Shown here: one piece after another, positions 34,419 through 47,972 of the stretch
How the letters are laid out: every line of letters begins with the position of its first letter
Numbering within the stretch: the first letter of the stretch is position 1
NCBI GenBank assembly: GCA_963693365.1
Contig: CAVNZM010000013.1
Coordinates: 6,438,640-6,502,639 of the forward strand
DNA length: 64,000 bases
From: Amoebidium appalachense
Lineage: Eukaryota > Protista > Ichthyosporea
Direction: 5' to 3'
Made by a program: the position numbers and the translations under genes
The notes under the pieces: generated by a model
Told to the model about the DNA's origin: nothing
Databases searched by the model: none
Seen by the model: the letters and a program-made list of their open reading frames with translations, nothing else

Positions 34419-34855
34419 GGAGGTTGTTCGTATTTAAGCCTGTGCCGTACATCATGGTTGCACTGTCACACTATGATAACAGCCAAGCAACCCTTTTCGT
34501 TTTTCTTTTATTTTAATTAGTTTCGGTCTTTAAGTAGTCATCGCCTCTTTTCATTGGATACCTTCCGCCGGGCCATGCTGCAGAAAGTTCAACTCGTTCA
34601 AAATTTTGTTAGTGTAGCCAACAACCGTTGCCTGCCATATGCATTATTATAGGCATGCCTGTGGTGCAAACGTCATTGGCCATGGATTGCATTGTGACAA
34701 TCGCAATATGCATCACATAGCAATATGACGCCCTATGACTTAGTAACGAAAACTCGAAACAGGTTTAGTGTTAGCCATCTGCAGGCACAATTCTATCTAT
34801 AGGCCATTTTACAACCCACACCCCCGGCAGTGTCCTGCATATATACTCTATCCAT

Positions 34856-35287
34856 CTACGGATCAACAATGCGCCAGTTGACATTGCCCTGGTAGAAGTC
34901 ATAGCTCCACAGGAGATTCTCGCCGTTGGTCCGACCGTTGGCCCAGAAGTCAATGTCGTCATTGTAGTCACAATCAGGAGCCTCACCACATCGCCCCTAG
35001 GATGGGCACAGCTGGCACGTGTCCACAATGGTGGTCCGTTCGCGGCGGCCGTTGAAGCTGCGTGATCTCTATGGTCTTACCGCACCAGAGGGGATTGGCA
35101 CTGTTGACGTACTTTGCCTTCCACTCGTCCCTGGAGATGCCGAGCAGCAGGGGGTTAACGGCCACACCAAGGCCAACGTTCCACGCGTTGGGGCACTGGA
35201 CTTCATTATCGTCAAAGGTGGTAAGGATGGCCGAGCTGCCGCTGGCGGACAGCACATGCACACCGCCAGCAGTGATGCAAGGAGCAT
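34856..35287 (-). pseudogene. Second intronless DPBB/expansin-like secreted-protein pseudogene (paralogue of 17249-17995, lacking LysM)
   Basis: MLLASLLAVCMC leader, then ILTTFD, LWCGKTIEI, TTIVDTCQLCPS*, DYNDDIDFWANGRTN and YQGNVNWRI. Frameshifts and a TAG at 34997-34999 where the other copy has TGG. The upstream CATCTTC(A/G)TTTACGCAAA is shared with the first copy. Confidence 0.8.
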
Positions 35288-36107
35288 GTTGCGTGTGGGC
35301 TGCAGCTGCCAGGCGAGCGTGCTTCTCAGGCTGTGTGGGCCGGATTTGCGTAAACGAAGATGAGAAGAGAGACTTGTGTGGTGTGTCCCGGTACCGACCG
35401 GTGACCGACGCGGCTGCAGAGTGTCACTGAGTTGGCGCGGTGTGAAGTATATATCTGCTTTGCTGTGCCAAGTTGTCTCCAACTGGTTTTTGCCTCGAGG
35501 ATCCGGAGGGCTTCCTTTTAATATCTTCCAGTTAGTATGCATTGGAAGACTCTGCAGAAGATTATTTAGCGCGTTTCGTGGAATGCTGCGGTGTAGGAGC
35601 CTTTGTTTTTGACGTCACTCACTACTTGCAAAGTGTGTTGACTCAGCCCGGCGCACACCTAAGTTGGCCCGGGACCACCCACTCACTTTATAATAATTAA
35701 TTGTTTGAAATATTCATCAACCCTTTCTAGAAGGTCAAATGCACACACGTACTAGAAGTGCAATATAGTACCCCCCCTTACTACTAGCAAAATGTGGCAG
35801 CTTGGCCCGGAACCGCCCACTCGAGCTCACTTGGATGGCGACGGATTCCACAGGTGACGTGCATACATCGTTGAGCTGGGAAAGGAATGCATTGGTTTGG
35901 ATCCGGGTATTCATGATATCAGGCTTTGGGGTGAATTCGAAGGCCAAACCCAGCCACGTACTAAATAATATCATAGTTAGTGGTATTAGTCGTACTCCCC
36001 CCTAATCCCCCCCCCCCCCCCCCCGGGCCCTCGATCCCCCTAGAGCCCACCACCATGGACAGGTCAGCTGCACCAACATTGACCAAGTTGAGTGCATGCA
36101 CCGCCCG

Positions 36108-36172
<65 letters not shown>

Positions 36173-36189
36173 CGCACACGCACACACGT

Positions 36190-36230
<41 letters not shown>

Positions 36231-36709
36231 AGTCTGCATACACACACACACACACACAGACACACACACACATCACAGTGAACACACACACACAGCATGC
36301 AGGGATTGATCTACTAACACTGTGAGGGAGATCTCGAGGCGCTGAGGCTCGTGTTACATTTAAAAATTACACGTCATTGGCCATGGGCATTGCCAACGGA
36401 ACCGCACCACCAAATGTGAATGAAGCACTGCCGCAGGCTGCAGACCTATATATATATCATGATCATCACGATATCATACTATATATATGTGTATTATATA
36501 TATATATATATATGGGGGTTTACGCTGTTTACTCGAGGCAAAGAGAACCAGTCTCAGGTATGGGGGGGGGGGTTTTGCTCGGAATATCCCCTCAGCGGTA
36601 TATCATGATCACGTACATAGATGTCGGGTGGTGACTATATATCAGGGTTTACTTTCTCTACGAGACACCATAAAGACTACAAGGAGAAATCAATTAGTTG
36701 GGGTTCCCC

Positions 36710-36751
<42 letters not shown>

Positions 36752-36783
36752 GGGCTCCCCTCGGGACACTCGGTATCAGCTGG

Positions 36784-36842
<59 letters not shown>

Positions 36843-37167
36843 TGTGTGTGTGTGCGCGTGCGCTATAATTTTGTAGTGATGTGTTTCTCAAGCCAATCAA
36901 TACATCTAATAAACAGGTCGTAGTTACGCGTGTTTAGTATAAAATCAAGGATGTTGTAATTTACAGGTAGGCTATCTTTCTGGGTGTCTGTTGTGAATGT
37001 GACGTGTGTGTGTTGCGGTATTATGTGGTCTATCAAACTACATTTGGCGATACATGACCGGTTAAACTGGTGTGTGTGTGTGTTGTTTGGGCATGCAAAT
37101 GATGCCACCTTATACTTATTAGATCTCCACTGTATAGCACGTGTACAGTAAAAGCGTGGTAATTGAT

Positions 37168-37170
<3 letters not shown>

Positions 37171-37198
<28 letters not shown>

Positions 37199-37284
37199 CA
37201 TATCATATATACTATGATATATATCATAGTATAAATATATATATATACTATATATATATATATACTGATATATATATGTATATG

Positions 37285-37341
<57 letters not shown>
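37171..37341. repeat. (TA)n microsatellite
   Basis: Directly visible. Confidence 0.97.
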
Positions 37342-37344
<3 letters not shown>

Positions 37345-37649
37345 CCGAAGGCTATAGCTAGCAGGCTAGCTATAGCTAGCTAGCGCTCAGTGGAAGACGA
37401 TGTCTTGTTTCTAGAAGACTGCCATGCAGCCTCTGCGCGTACCTACATTATGTGTTCAGAATTCAAGGGAACAAGCACAGACCAAGCCTGGGGTTGGCAG
37501 GCCCTCATACCAGATCACTGAGTATTCGGTACCTTCATAGTGCCTGCAAGCCACCAAGGTGGTGAAAAGTGAGGGCATGTGCTCAATGATTTAAGAAGAA
37601 TGTAGTCAGTGTTGGGCAACTTGCATTTGCATGTACACACACACACACA

Positions 37650-37725
<76 letters not shown>

Positions 37726-37853
37726 CATCTCTCTTCCCCCCCCCCCCTTCCCCCTCTCTCTCTCCCTCCACCCCACCCCTCTCCCCTCTTCTCTTTCACT
37801 CTCTCGCAGTCTAGCCCCTTCTGTCTCAGGTCCTCTTTCTACCTCTTTCTCCT

Positions 37854-37895
<42 letters not shown>

Positions 37896-39129
37896 CCTTG
37901 CCCCTATCTCTCCCTTCACAAACGTGCACACGCACACGCACACCCACCCACCCACACACACACACATGTGTACACACACAATCTCTCTCTCCCTCTCTCC
38001 CTCTCTCCCTCTCCCCCCCTCCTCTCTCTCTCCCCCCCCTGCCCCTCTCTCTCTCTCCCTCCCTCTCTCTCTCTCTCTCTCGTTTACGGACCTCACCATT
38101 TAAAAGGGCGTGTGGAAAAGGCTTGCCCTCCCCCCCAACCCCCCTCCCCCTCCCCAAACCCCCTCACCGGTCCCCCCTTCCCCCCCCCCTGTCCCCTTTC
38201 CCCCACACCCACTTAACGAAAACACACAAAAACGCCACATAACGAAAACACACAAAAACGCAAACACACACCGTGACACACACGCACAAGTACACACACG
38301 CACAACACACACAACCTGTGTGCGCAAGCACACACACATATAAGCACACACACGCACATGCACGCGCACACACACGCGTACACGGACGCACGCACACGGA
38401 CACGCACACACGCACACGGTCATGGACACGCACACACATGCACACGCACAACACACACATACGTGCACACGCATGCACACGGGCGCACACACATGCACAC
38501 ATGCACGCGCACGCACCCACACACTGAGCTTATGAGGCCTACTAAATATCATACATATGTGCACATCGGCGATTTCTGAATTAGCACGATGACTTATCCA
38601 CGAGGTAACCTGAAGTGCACCATTTACGGCGGGATTGAGGGAAAATGAGTCAGAGGTGCACGCTGGGGAGGAGCCTCAGGGTGGGATCCTGAGGAGAAAG
38701 AAGGGATTCCATCACGGTGTACACGATCCCTACATTAATGATAGTTTACCTACAGTTCACAATACTTAGGGAACTCAAGTTGTTGTTTTGGAGGGGGGGG
38801 GGGGGGGGGGGGGGGGGGCAATATCATCCGGCGGCACACTGGGCACACGACCAGTGCCACCGTGCGATTTCCCATGTTTTCTTTTCAATCTCAAGTTCTC
38901 AGATTTGCCCAATAAATAGGTGCCCACACACCCTTTGTTTTTTTCATAACCTACTTACTGCAAGCTGATCATATGGGCCTTAGCTTGCCTACCTAATAAT
39001 AGACAATATGCCGTCTGGCCTAAAACGCGTCTAAAACACGTGCAGGTTTGTCTAAAACACGTGCAGGTTTGTTGATATTTGTTCGTACCGGTTGACTGCT
39101 CAGTTTGTTGCTTTTGGCGCGCTATCATA

Positions 39130-39290
39130 GCCAATGACGTCACCATCTTTGACCCATGCCACATCCCCTTGCTGATTGGTTGTTATCTTGCGCAAACAAG
39201 CTCACTAGCCAATCATAAATCGTGTATAGCCTTCAAATGCATTCCATGGCTCCCAAGGCAGGAGTATATAACCGCCTAGCAGACCAATCT
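39130..39290 (+). promoter_or_regulatory. Candidate Pol II promoter (CCAAT x4, CRE TGACGTCA, TATA)
   Basis: AGCCAATGACGTCA at ~39129-39142, GATTGG at ~39174, GCCAATCA at ~39208, GTATATAA at ~39264 and CCAATC at ~39284, upstream of the ATG at 39328. Confidence 0.4.
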
Positions 39291-39327
39291 AGAAAATCAG
39301 TGCAACACCGCGTGCAACATCTTCAAG

Positions 39328-40002
39328 ATGCCATCAAGCCCTCTTCTTCTGTCGCTACGTGCCTGGGCCCTACGACTATGTCTTCTGCCGAGGCCTAGCT
39401 ACGGGGCGGCACGTGAGGCTTCAGAGTCCGCCGGGATGATAGGGCCTACGCTCAGGTAGGGATAGCTACCACACTATTCCCAAGTCGTTGCGTGTTTTTC
39501 CGCCCACCCCCAGTAGTACCTTCACTTCCTTTTCCTCCTTCCTTCTGCCTTGCCTGTGGCAGGGTCTCTCGGGCAACATTGCAGCGCCTGACGCTGGAGT
39601 CGGGGTCGTTCTGATCTTTGTTGTGCCAAGCTTTTTGTGGTGCGTCAAGCATACAGTGCCTGGACGCTGTCCGGGAGGCCGTTGTCTCAGCGCACCACAT
39701 TTTCTTTTCATGCCCTAGTAGCCACCCGAACCCTCCATGTCTCGGTGCTCTTCTCCTTCCCTCTACCTGCACTCGTGTGGGTCTACGTGGGTGCAGTAGT
39801 GCCTGGCCGTTGGTCGAAGGATCTCTTGTGCACTTTACGCTATGTTTTTCTGTTGGTGCTGAGTGTAGAGGGGCCTGACGTTAGGGGTGCCTGACACCTT
39901 AGTCGGATGTCTCTACACTCTACGCCAACATCCAGTTGTTTTTGTGTTTATGATTTGGGTATAGGTGTAGGTTTGCTAACCCCTACTATCCCCCTGCCCC
40001 CC

Positions 40003-40073
<71 letters not shown>

Positions 40074-42154
40074 TCGCAGCGCGATTGCAGAGAGGTACTC
40101 GGGCAACTGAATGGCATATGGTCTGGCCTATATTGTCCTGCAACGTAAACGTCGTATGCCGAGGTCTGATAGACTCAGGTAAGGGGTTAGCTACCTTTCG
40201 TGTTAGCCAAGTCTGTACGTTGCTTCTCAACCACCCCTCCCTTTTACCTCCTTTTCCTTCTTCCTTCTGCCTTGCCTCGCGGCAGGTTCTCTTGGGCAAC
40301 ACGGCAGTGCCTGATGCTTTAGTCGGGGGATGTTCTGTCGTGGCTGTTCCATGAAAATTTGTTTCTGTGGAGCGTCTGCACACACTGCCTGACGCGTTCA
40401 TCGGGGGATGATCTGTTGTAGTCGCGCCTCGTCTTTTTTCGCCACCATTATTCTAACCCTCCATGCCTCGGTGCCTTTTTTCTTTCCCTCTCCCCACACT
40501 CGTTGTGTGGGCCTGCGTGGGTGCAGGAGTGCCTGATGCTTAGTCGGGGGATGATCTGCTGCACTTTACGCCATATGTTTTTTCCGTTGGTGCTGAGTGT
40601 AGTGGTGCCTGATGCTTTAGTCGGAGGACGACCTGCTACATTTTGCGCCAGCAACTGTTGCTGTCGTGTTGGGTACATTTTTGGTTTGCTAACCTCTAAT
40701 CCCTCCACCCGCCCCTCTCCCACAGCTCCCACAGGATGTCATCAACGATTTCCAGTGGGGGGAATGTGCAGTTGTGCCGCAGGCGCAATGTGAGGCGGGC
40801 CTGTCTGTCACCCGTGTGACCCAACTGTAACATCTACGTCGTATGCCAAGGCTCTATAAACTCAGGTAGGGCTAGCTACCTTTCGCGTTACCCAAGTCGT
40901 ATCCCACTCACCCCTACCTCTATGCCTCCTTTTCCTTCTTCCTTCTGCCTTGCCTGTGGCAGGGTTTCTTGGGCAATACTGCAGCGCCTGACGCTTGAGT
41001 CGGGGTCGTTCTGACCTTTGTTGTGCCAAAGTTTTTGTGGTACGTCAAGCATACAGTGCCTGGACACTGTCAGGGAGGCTGTTGTCTTGGCGCGTCGCAT
41101 TTTCTTCTCACGCCCTAGTAGCCACCCGAACCCTCCACGTCTTGGTGCCTTTTCTCCTTCCTTCTACCTGCACTCGTGTGGGTCTACGTGGGTGCAGTAG
41201 TGCCTGGCCGTTGGTCGAAGGATCTCTGCTGCACTTTACGCTATATGTTTTTCGGTTGGTGCTGAGTGTAGTGGTGCCTGACGCTTTAGTGTCGGGCTAC
41301 ACGCTGCGCCAACATCTGTTTGTTTTTGTGATTATGATTTGGGTATAGGTGTAGGTTTGCTAACCCCTACTCTACCCCCGCCCCCCCCCCCCCCCCCCCC
41401 CCCCCCTCCCCCTCCCCCTCCAACACACACACACAGACACACACACATGCACATGCACACGCACACGCACACGCACGCACACACACACACACACACACAT
41501 ACAAACACACACACCACCATCCCAACCACCACCCTGTGCACAACGCCCTTTGACTCCTCTGCCTTCTCCTACACCCCACTCAACCCCCCATTTCTTTCAA
41601 CCCTCCCCCCCCCCCCCCCCCCCCCCCTCCCCCTCTCAAAACAAAAACAGATGCTCGGCACATATTCAGGGAGGTGCTCGCTCGTGTCGACTGCAAGGTG
41701 CAGGGTGTGGCCTATGTGTTGCTGAACTGTACATGCAGCATGCTGTGCACACCCAAGGGCCACCCACGGCCGGAGGGGTACACCCACCCACGTGCACTCA
41801 CTGTCGTGTGGACTTTTCGCAGTGGGACGTCTCATATATGACGTCAAGATGACGTCATTTATATGGGTGCAGGCGCTACCGGATGGCTCGTGGCCGGGTG
41901 CAGCTGATGGAATCGTTTGCACTGACTTTTTTTTTTTTTTTTTGCCCCCTATATGGAGTATCCATTTTCTGGCTGCTCCAGATAAGGCGAACATTTTGCC
42001 TACCATTGAGAAATACCTACACAGTCAAGTTTTGGAAACTGAGGGCCAAAATCTGAAGATTTAGGGATGTTGCAACAACAAAACACTTGCAAGTGTTGAA
42101 ACCAAACAGTATCCGGAAGGTGATTGCAGATACGCAGCAATTTTCAACTATCAG
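39328..42154 (+). pseudogene. Decayed multi-exon gene with Cys-rich exons; product unknown
   Basis: CCAAT, TGACGTCA and TATA motifs at 39130-39272, ATG at 39328, donors CTCAG|GTA at 39456/40179/40866 and acceptors at 40069/40734/41650. Exons carry stops and frameshifts. May continue toward ~47.4 kb. Confidence 0.4.
39451..41375 (+). repeat. Three tandem ~700-bp exon+intron duplications
   Basis: Units start with CTCAGGTA(G/A)GG at 39451, 40174 and 40861. They share CCTTTTCCT(C/T)CTTCCTTCTGCCTTGCCT...GGCAGG and end near GGTTTGCTAAC. Copies 1 and 3 are most alike. Confidence 0.9.
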
Positions 42155-42368
42155 GTGAGTGCACTGTTCCTGAGTTCCCCCCCTCGCATCGCTGGGCCCC
42201 CCTCCTCCCCCCCGCCCCGCCCCTCCCTCCCTTTCTGAACCACCCTTGCGCAAATGGAGTGTGTTGGTGCAAAAGGACAAGGGCGGACTTCCGTTTTTCA
42301 TTGCACATACAGAAAGAAAGGACAGAATCTGGACGTGCTGATATCGTTGTGGCACACTTTCAGCCGCA

Positions 42369-42401
<33 letters not shown>

Positions 42402-42736
42402 TGGTTGTTACTTATTTACGGCTTCGGGAGGGAGGTGTTATGATGATCATAACGGACTTACTGAATAGAAGTCCCCCCCCCCCCCCACCCCCCCCCCTCC
42501 TCCCCCTCCCCCTCCCCCTCCCCCTCCCTCATCCACACCATTGCTCCCCTTATTATGTGTATCTTTCTATCTGCGTCACCCTGTAAGTTATTAGTGGATG
42601 TCCTGTTGGCCTGGTGCCTTAGCATGGCCCAATGAAAGTGACATCAAAAGCTAATAAACGGTAATAAAAACAGTACATCATTTTATCTTACCAACTTGAT
42701 GGCCTCGATTGGAACTTGCCCCCCCCCCCCCCCCCC

Positions 42737-42890
42737 TTGGACTTGGGCCCTCCCTGAGGATGGGCTCTGCTTATGACGCATACTGTGCGCATGGCTGATG
42801 CTGCATACTTGAATGTTTGCCTTTGCATGTGTCCTGCATCATGCTTCTCATCGTCTATGCGTACTTCGTACTGTGTTCCGCATTCAAACC
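42737..42890 (+). mobile_element. SINE-like element copy (close to 55961-56110)
   Basis: GACTTGGG.CCTCCCTGAGGATGGGCTCTGCTTATGAC...CCGCATTCAAACCCC, flanked by poly-C on both sides. Confidence 0.85.
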
Positions 42891-43042
42891 CCCCCCCCCC
42901 CCCCCCGGTGCTTTTTATGCATACTCTTTATAGATGGTTGCAGTCTGCATCATGTCATTCGTCGCTCAAATAATGTACATGTGGAGGTAGACTCGCAGAT
43001 ATATACATAATACCCAAAAATTATATTGGACAAGTAAGAAAA

Positions 43043-44391
43043 AAACAAACACTAATATTAGAGTCAGTGCTATATAGTAGATAGCATACTATTATGATAA
43101 CAAAAGTGCTCGATTGCCTCCACTTTAAGTTGCTCGATTGCCCCTACTGACGAGAATACCAATAAAGCCATGGGTGAATGTAGGATCGATGGCAGAGTAT
43201 ATTCATGAGAATCTCGGGGAATGGCTAGATTGCTCCATCAAAGCCACGAAAATGTCTAGGCTGCAAACTGTAAGGAAGCCATCTGTAACTACTCCAAAGA
43301 CAGAGCCTGCCCTAAAACTCAATCAAAGGAGCAGCACCAGAGAGGTTTTTACTAAAGAGCAAACAGAACATGTAGGACTACAGATCTACCTCAGTGGGCG
43401 CCGTGCTCGGAGGAACCCTTCAAGGAGAAAATGCAGTCAAACAAGGCAGCCTAGTTGTGACGGTTGGCACCAAAGGGACCAACACTACAAAACAAGCGGA
43501 CACAAAAACCAAGGCCATAGAGCTAACTGCCACCGCAAGAAGAGCCCGTGACTGTAGCCGGCTGAGGAAGCTTCTCAACGATTCAGTCAACCACAAACCA
43601 CCCCAAACGCGCGCCGCGGAGGAGACGTCAACCATCAAGCCGCAGTTGCACCCCAAGGAGAAAACATAGAGTTGGAGAAAACATAGTTGTGCCCCATCTT
43701 AGAAGAGAAGGGTGCCACCGCTAACCCAGAAGGCCGCCAACCCCGGAGAAGCCTCGCGGCCATTATGAAAACCATCTACACGCCCCTCCCCCAAAGACGT
43801 GAAGACAGGCCACAATGGAGAGAGGTAGCTCACGGCCAGTACCTTGCAGGCCACAGGAATCAACTATCACCCCGGTTGCACCAGCACCTGCCTGGAAGTC
43901 ATCCCTCCTGTACCGGACTTCAGTCCGGTCACAAAAAGAAAGAAGCGAGAACTCTTATATACCTGCCATGATGAAAATTCGGGGGGGAAAAGGCAATGTG
44001 AAAGGAAAGTGACCGAAGCCTTGAAAATGAAGTCACAAAAAGAAAGAAGCGAAAGCTCTTATATACCTGCCATGATGAAAATTCGGGAAAAAAAGGTTTA
44101 ATGTGAAAGGAAAGTGATCGAAGTGAAAATGAAGTCCACAAAAAGAAAGAAGCGAAAGCTCTTATATACCTGCCATGATGAAAGGAAAGTGATCGAAGTG
44201 AAAATGAAGTCCACACAAAAGAAAGAAGAAGCGAAAGCTCTTATATACCTGCTATGATGAAAATTCGGGAAAAAAAAGGTAATGTGAAAGGAAAGTGATC
44301 GAAGTGAAAATGAAGTCATTTATTGCTCTTTTGTTATCATCATAGTATGCTATCTTCTATATAGCACTGACTCTAATATTAGTGTTTGTTT
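43043..44391. mobile_element. Non-autonomous TIR element with ~60-bp inverted termini (CACTA...TAGTG core at 43050-44384)
   Basis: AAACAAACACTAATATTAGAGTCAGTGCTATATAG(T/A)AGATAGCATACTAT(T/G)ATGATAACAAAA occurs at 43043-43104 and inverted at ~44330-44391. Subterminal tandem repeats are present. No clean TSD. Confidence 0.75.
43928..44317 (+). repeat. ~105-bp tandem repeat, 4 units (one internally deleted)
   Basis: Unit CACAAAAAGAAAGAAGCGAAAGCTCTTATATACCTGCCATGATGAAAATTCGGG...GAAAGGAAAGTGATCGAAGTGAAAATGAAGT. Confidence 0.92.
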
Positions 44392-44491
44392 GATCTTTTC
44401 TGGGCACGGATATATAAATTGGGGGGGGGGGGGGGGTGGGGGGGGGGGAAGTGCTGTGTTTGTTTGATCTTTTCTGGGCACGGATATATAA

Positions 44492-44545
<54 letters not shown>

Positions 44546-44751
44546 GTGCTTTTTATTAACGACATGTAGGATCGCTTATGAGGTGTCGGCACCAAGGCCA
44601 ACATGGCTTCCACCCAACAAGATATACATGTACAAATCGATGTCACAATGACAACATACAGGATTTTTTATTATTTTTTTTTAATAATGACTTTTTTTTT
44701 TCTATGTGGAGATATAACGTATCAAATAGGCATCATATGTGGAGATATAAC

Positions 44752-44792
<41 letters not shown>

Positions 44793-45435
44793 TTTGTTTG
44801 TTTGGGAACTTCATTTGGGAACTTCATTTACCCGTATATGGCTCCTGGTGTCGCATTTTGACAGGTGGGATGGGGGGGGGGTGGGGGGGGGGGGGGGGGA
44901 GAATCCAAGGAAATTCTTGCACCGGGATATTTTTGCACTGGAGATTGGTGTAATGGTGTTGATATTGTCGAGGGTTTTGCTGGGTGTTTTCGTGCTCGTC
45001 GGTCTGGTTAGCATCAATAAAATATGAATAACACGTTTCTAATAGCTGATTTTGTTGAGTTTCTAGCATGTTTCCGGTAGCCAAAGAAAGTCCGCTCTAT
45101 GTCCCCTTAAACCCTGTTGCAGGACTGGGGGGGGGGGGGGGGGGGGGGAGGGGGGGGGGGGGGAGGGCATAAATGCGAGTGGAAGTTGGATTCGACTTAG
45201 GACTATGTTCAGCTAAGGGGGGGAGGGGGGGACGGGGGAGGGGGAGTCCATGCAAAAAGACTCGTCTCATCGAAGGCTTGTTGACTCAAGGCTGAAAACT
45301 ATACAAATTAAAAAAAACTTCGGCCCCTCTCCGCCTGCCGAGGAATCAACCCCCCCCCCCCCCCCCCCCCCCCAAAAAAAATGCGCCATATATCCCAAAC
45401 GCCTCAGCGGTCATACTACACTACACACATGCACA

Positions 45436-45467
<32 letters not shown>

Positions 45468-47870
45468 TTCTTCCCCTCCCTCCCCTCTCCCCCTCCCCCC
45501 ACACCACCCCTGGTTTCCCCCCTCCCCACTTCCCTCCACCACCACCGCCACCACCACCACGCTGGTTACCGGTTCTGGGTGAGTGACATTCCACTGATGT
45601 GTGCATAGCCAATGAAATAGAAGTGCGCACAAGACTTAAAGGTTACCCAAAGCTAAACCTAAGTGGAGAGCTCGGCTGTGTCTCTCTCTCTCGCTCTCTT
45701 TCCCTTCCTCCCCGCCCCCTCCCCCCCCCCCCCCCCCCCCCCCCCCAACACGCACACTCACACCACCACCACAGGCACACGCATACACATCACGTTTGGC
45801 TCTGGCTTCTTGTTCACCAATCGCCATTAGGCAGCCATCAAGCACACCTTTATAAAATTTCAAGTTTACTGAATTGAGATATAAAGCCTTGTCACTTGGT
45901 AAATCCGGTAAACTGCCGTTCCTTGCACAGTTGGGCCAGCTCGTTTTTACTCCATTTTGTCTCGTGGTGTGTCCCCATCCGCCCCCCTCCCCTCTATTCT
46001 CCCCCCCCCCCCCCCCCCTCCCCCCCCTTCCCCCCCCCCCCCCCCCCCCCGCCCCCTGCCCCCCGGCCCCTCTTATGCACAAACGTTCTCAGCTCCATTT
46101 TTGCTCTGAGATACAGAAAGTCTGACACACTGGTGGCAACGATTGATAGCATTTGAGTTGGATATACTATCTTATATTTATGGATCAGCTGATCCCAGAT
46201 ATCCCAGTATTTATATTGGATTTCCTTTGAATTGGATATGCTTTGAAATGGATGCCTTCTGCTTATCAAATAGCAATACAGTAGTGGATTGAATACTATG
46301 GTATACTACTAGTTAATTTATATCATATAGGTCTTTGAATTGCCGTGTAATTTTGGTTCAATTCATATATTGGTATGGCGTTTACACACTATTTATTGCT
46401 GTGGACACTGTCTGGGGCCCATTGGCATCCTTTTGAAAGTTATGTCGGATGTCCCTCTGCTGAGTTGGATAACTTTTGAATGAGAAAATCTTTTGGTTGG
46501 ATATTTCATCGTGCATTTTATAATGTTTGACCAATTGGTAATTTGCTCTTTTCACGGTGCTATGCTGTGAATAACCACCTCCCTTTCCTCTATATCTCCA
46601 CGGCATAAATTTGCACCAATCACAACCGCACATATACATGTATGCCTCGCGTATATGTTTACTCGGAACATTTACAGTGCATGCCTGCAAAGTCACCTGC
46701 ACATGCACATGCATACACACGCACACATACACACACACAGGACACGCACACAAGCGTGCGCATCGCGGCGTGTGCGCTCACAGACGCATATGTACACACA
46801 CGCGCATATGTATGTGGCCGTATACATGTACACGCACATCCACACACACGCACATACACACACACCCACCCACACACATACATACGCAGGCACACACACA
46901 TACACACACCAGCAAGCACACACACACACACATGCACACACGCATATATACACTCCTGCATTCTTTCTTGAGCTCCGATGGGACCCCCCCTCTCCCCCCC
47001 CCCCCCCCCCCCCCCCCCCCCCTTCCTCCCCCCTCCTCCCCCCTCCCCCCCCCCCCTCGCTCCCCTCCCCCTCTCCCCCCTCCTGCCCTCCGCAGAATCT
47101 TTGAAATTTTTCTAACATATCATTGATGAGATATCCCAAACACCAAAAGAATTGCGACAGGGTACTTCGACTGGTGATATTCGAAGAGGAATATTCTAAT
47201 ATTAGATATGTATCTGAGAAGTGTGTTTGTGCTTTCGCTCAATCTGTTGCGTGCCATTGGATACTATAGGTAGTATGCACAGTGTATCTAGCCATACATA
47301 AATTTACTTGGCAACCATTCAAACAACTGTGCAGGGGAGAATCATTTATAAACATTGGCTTCATTGATTTACTGAGGAGAAAGACGAAAGGCCGGAAATA
47401 TCTCAGATATCCCTCGGACATACTTACGATAAGCTTTTGAAGCATGCACATCCATAGACATGCTACATGCAACGGTATACTACACCAACAGCAATTAAAA
47501 CAAACAAACAAAAAAACTAGGAAGATGGAGGAGAGACTTACCGGGGTGCACATGTGATTGTGCTCGTTACCCAAGACAATAAAACCAGCCACAGATATGG
47601 GTGGCTTGAAATTGCGTGGTATATCCACTCCGTGTCATATCAGGTACACAGAAGTCACGTGTTGGTTGTAGATTAACTTGGCTCTGGCTACAAAAATCCT
47701 CTACAGAGAAAAAAAGATCTAATGGTCCCCCTCCCCCTCCTCCCCGCAAAAAAAAACAAAAAACAAAAAAGAAAAAAAAAAAGTAAAGAAAGCCCGGGAG
47801 AAAAAAGTCGAGGGAATGGGGAGGGGAAGGGGTTGGCTACATTCAGGACATTCGGCATCAACTGGTGTCC

Positions 47871-47952
<82 letters not shown>

Positions 47953-47972
47953 CGTGCGTGGCCACCACCCAG

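Noticed and set aside
43928-44317. CRISPR-like array
   Set aside because: Units repeat over their whole length with no unique spacers, there are no cas genes, and the context is eukaryotic.
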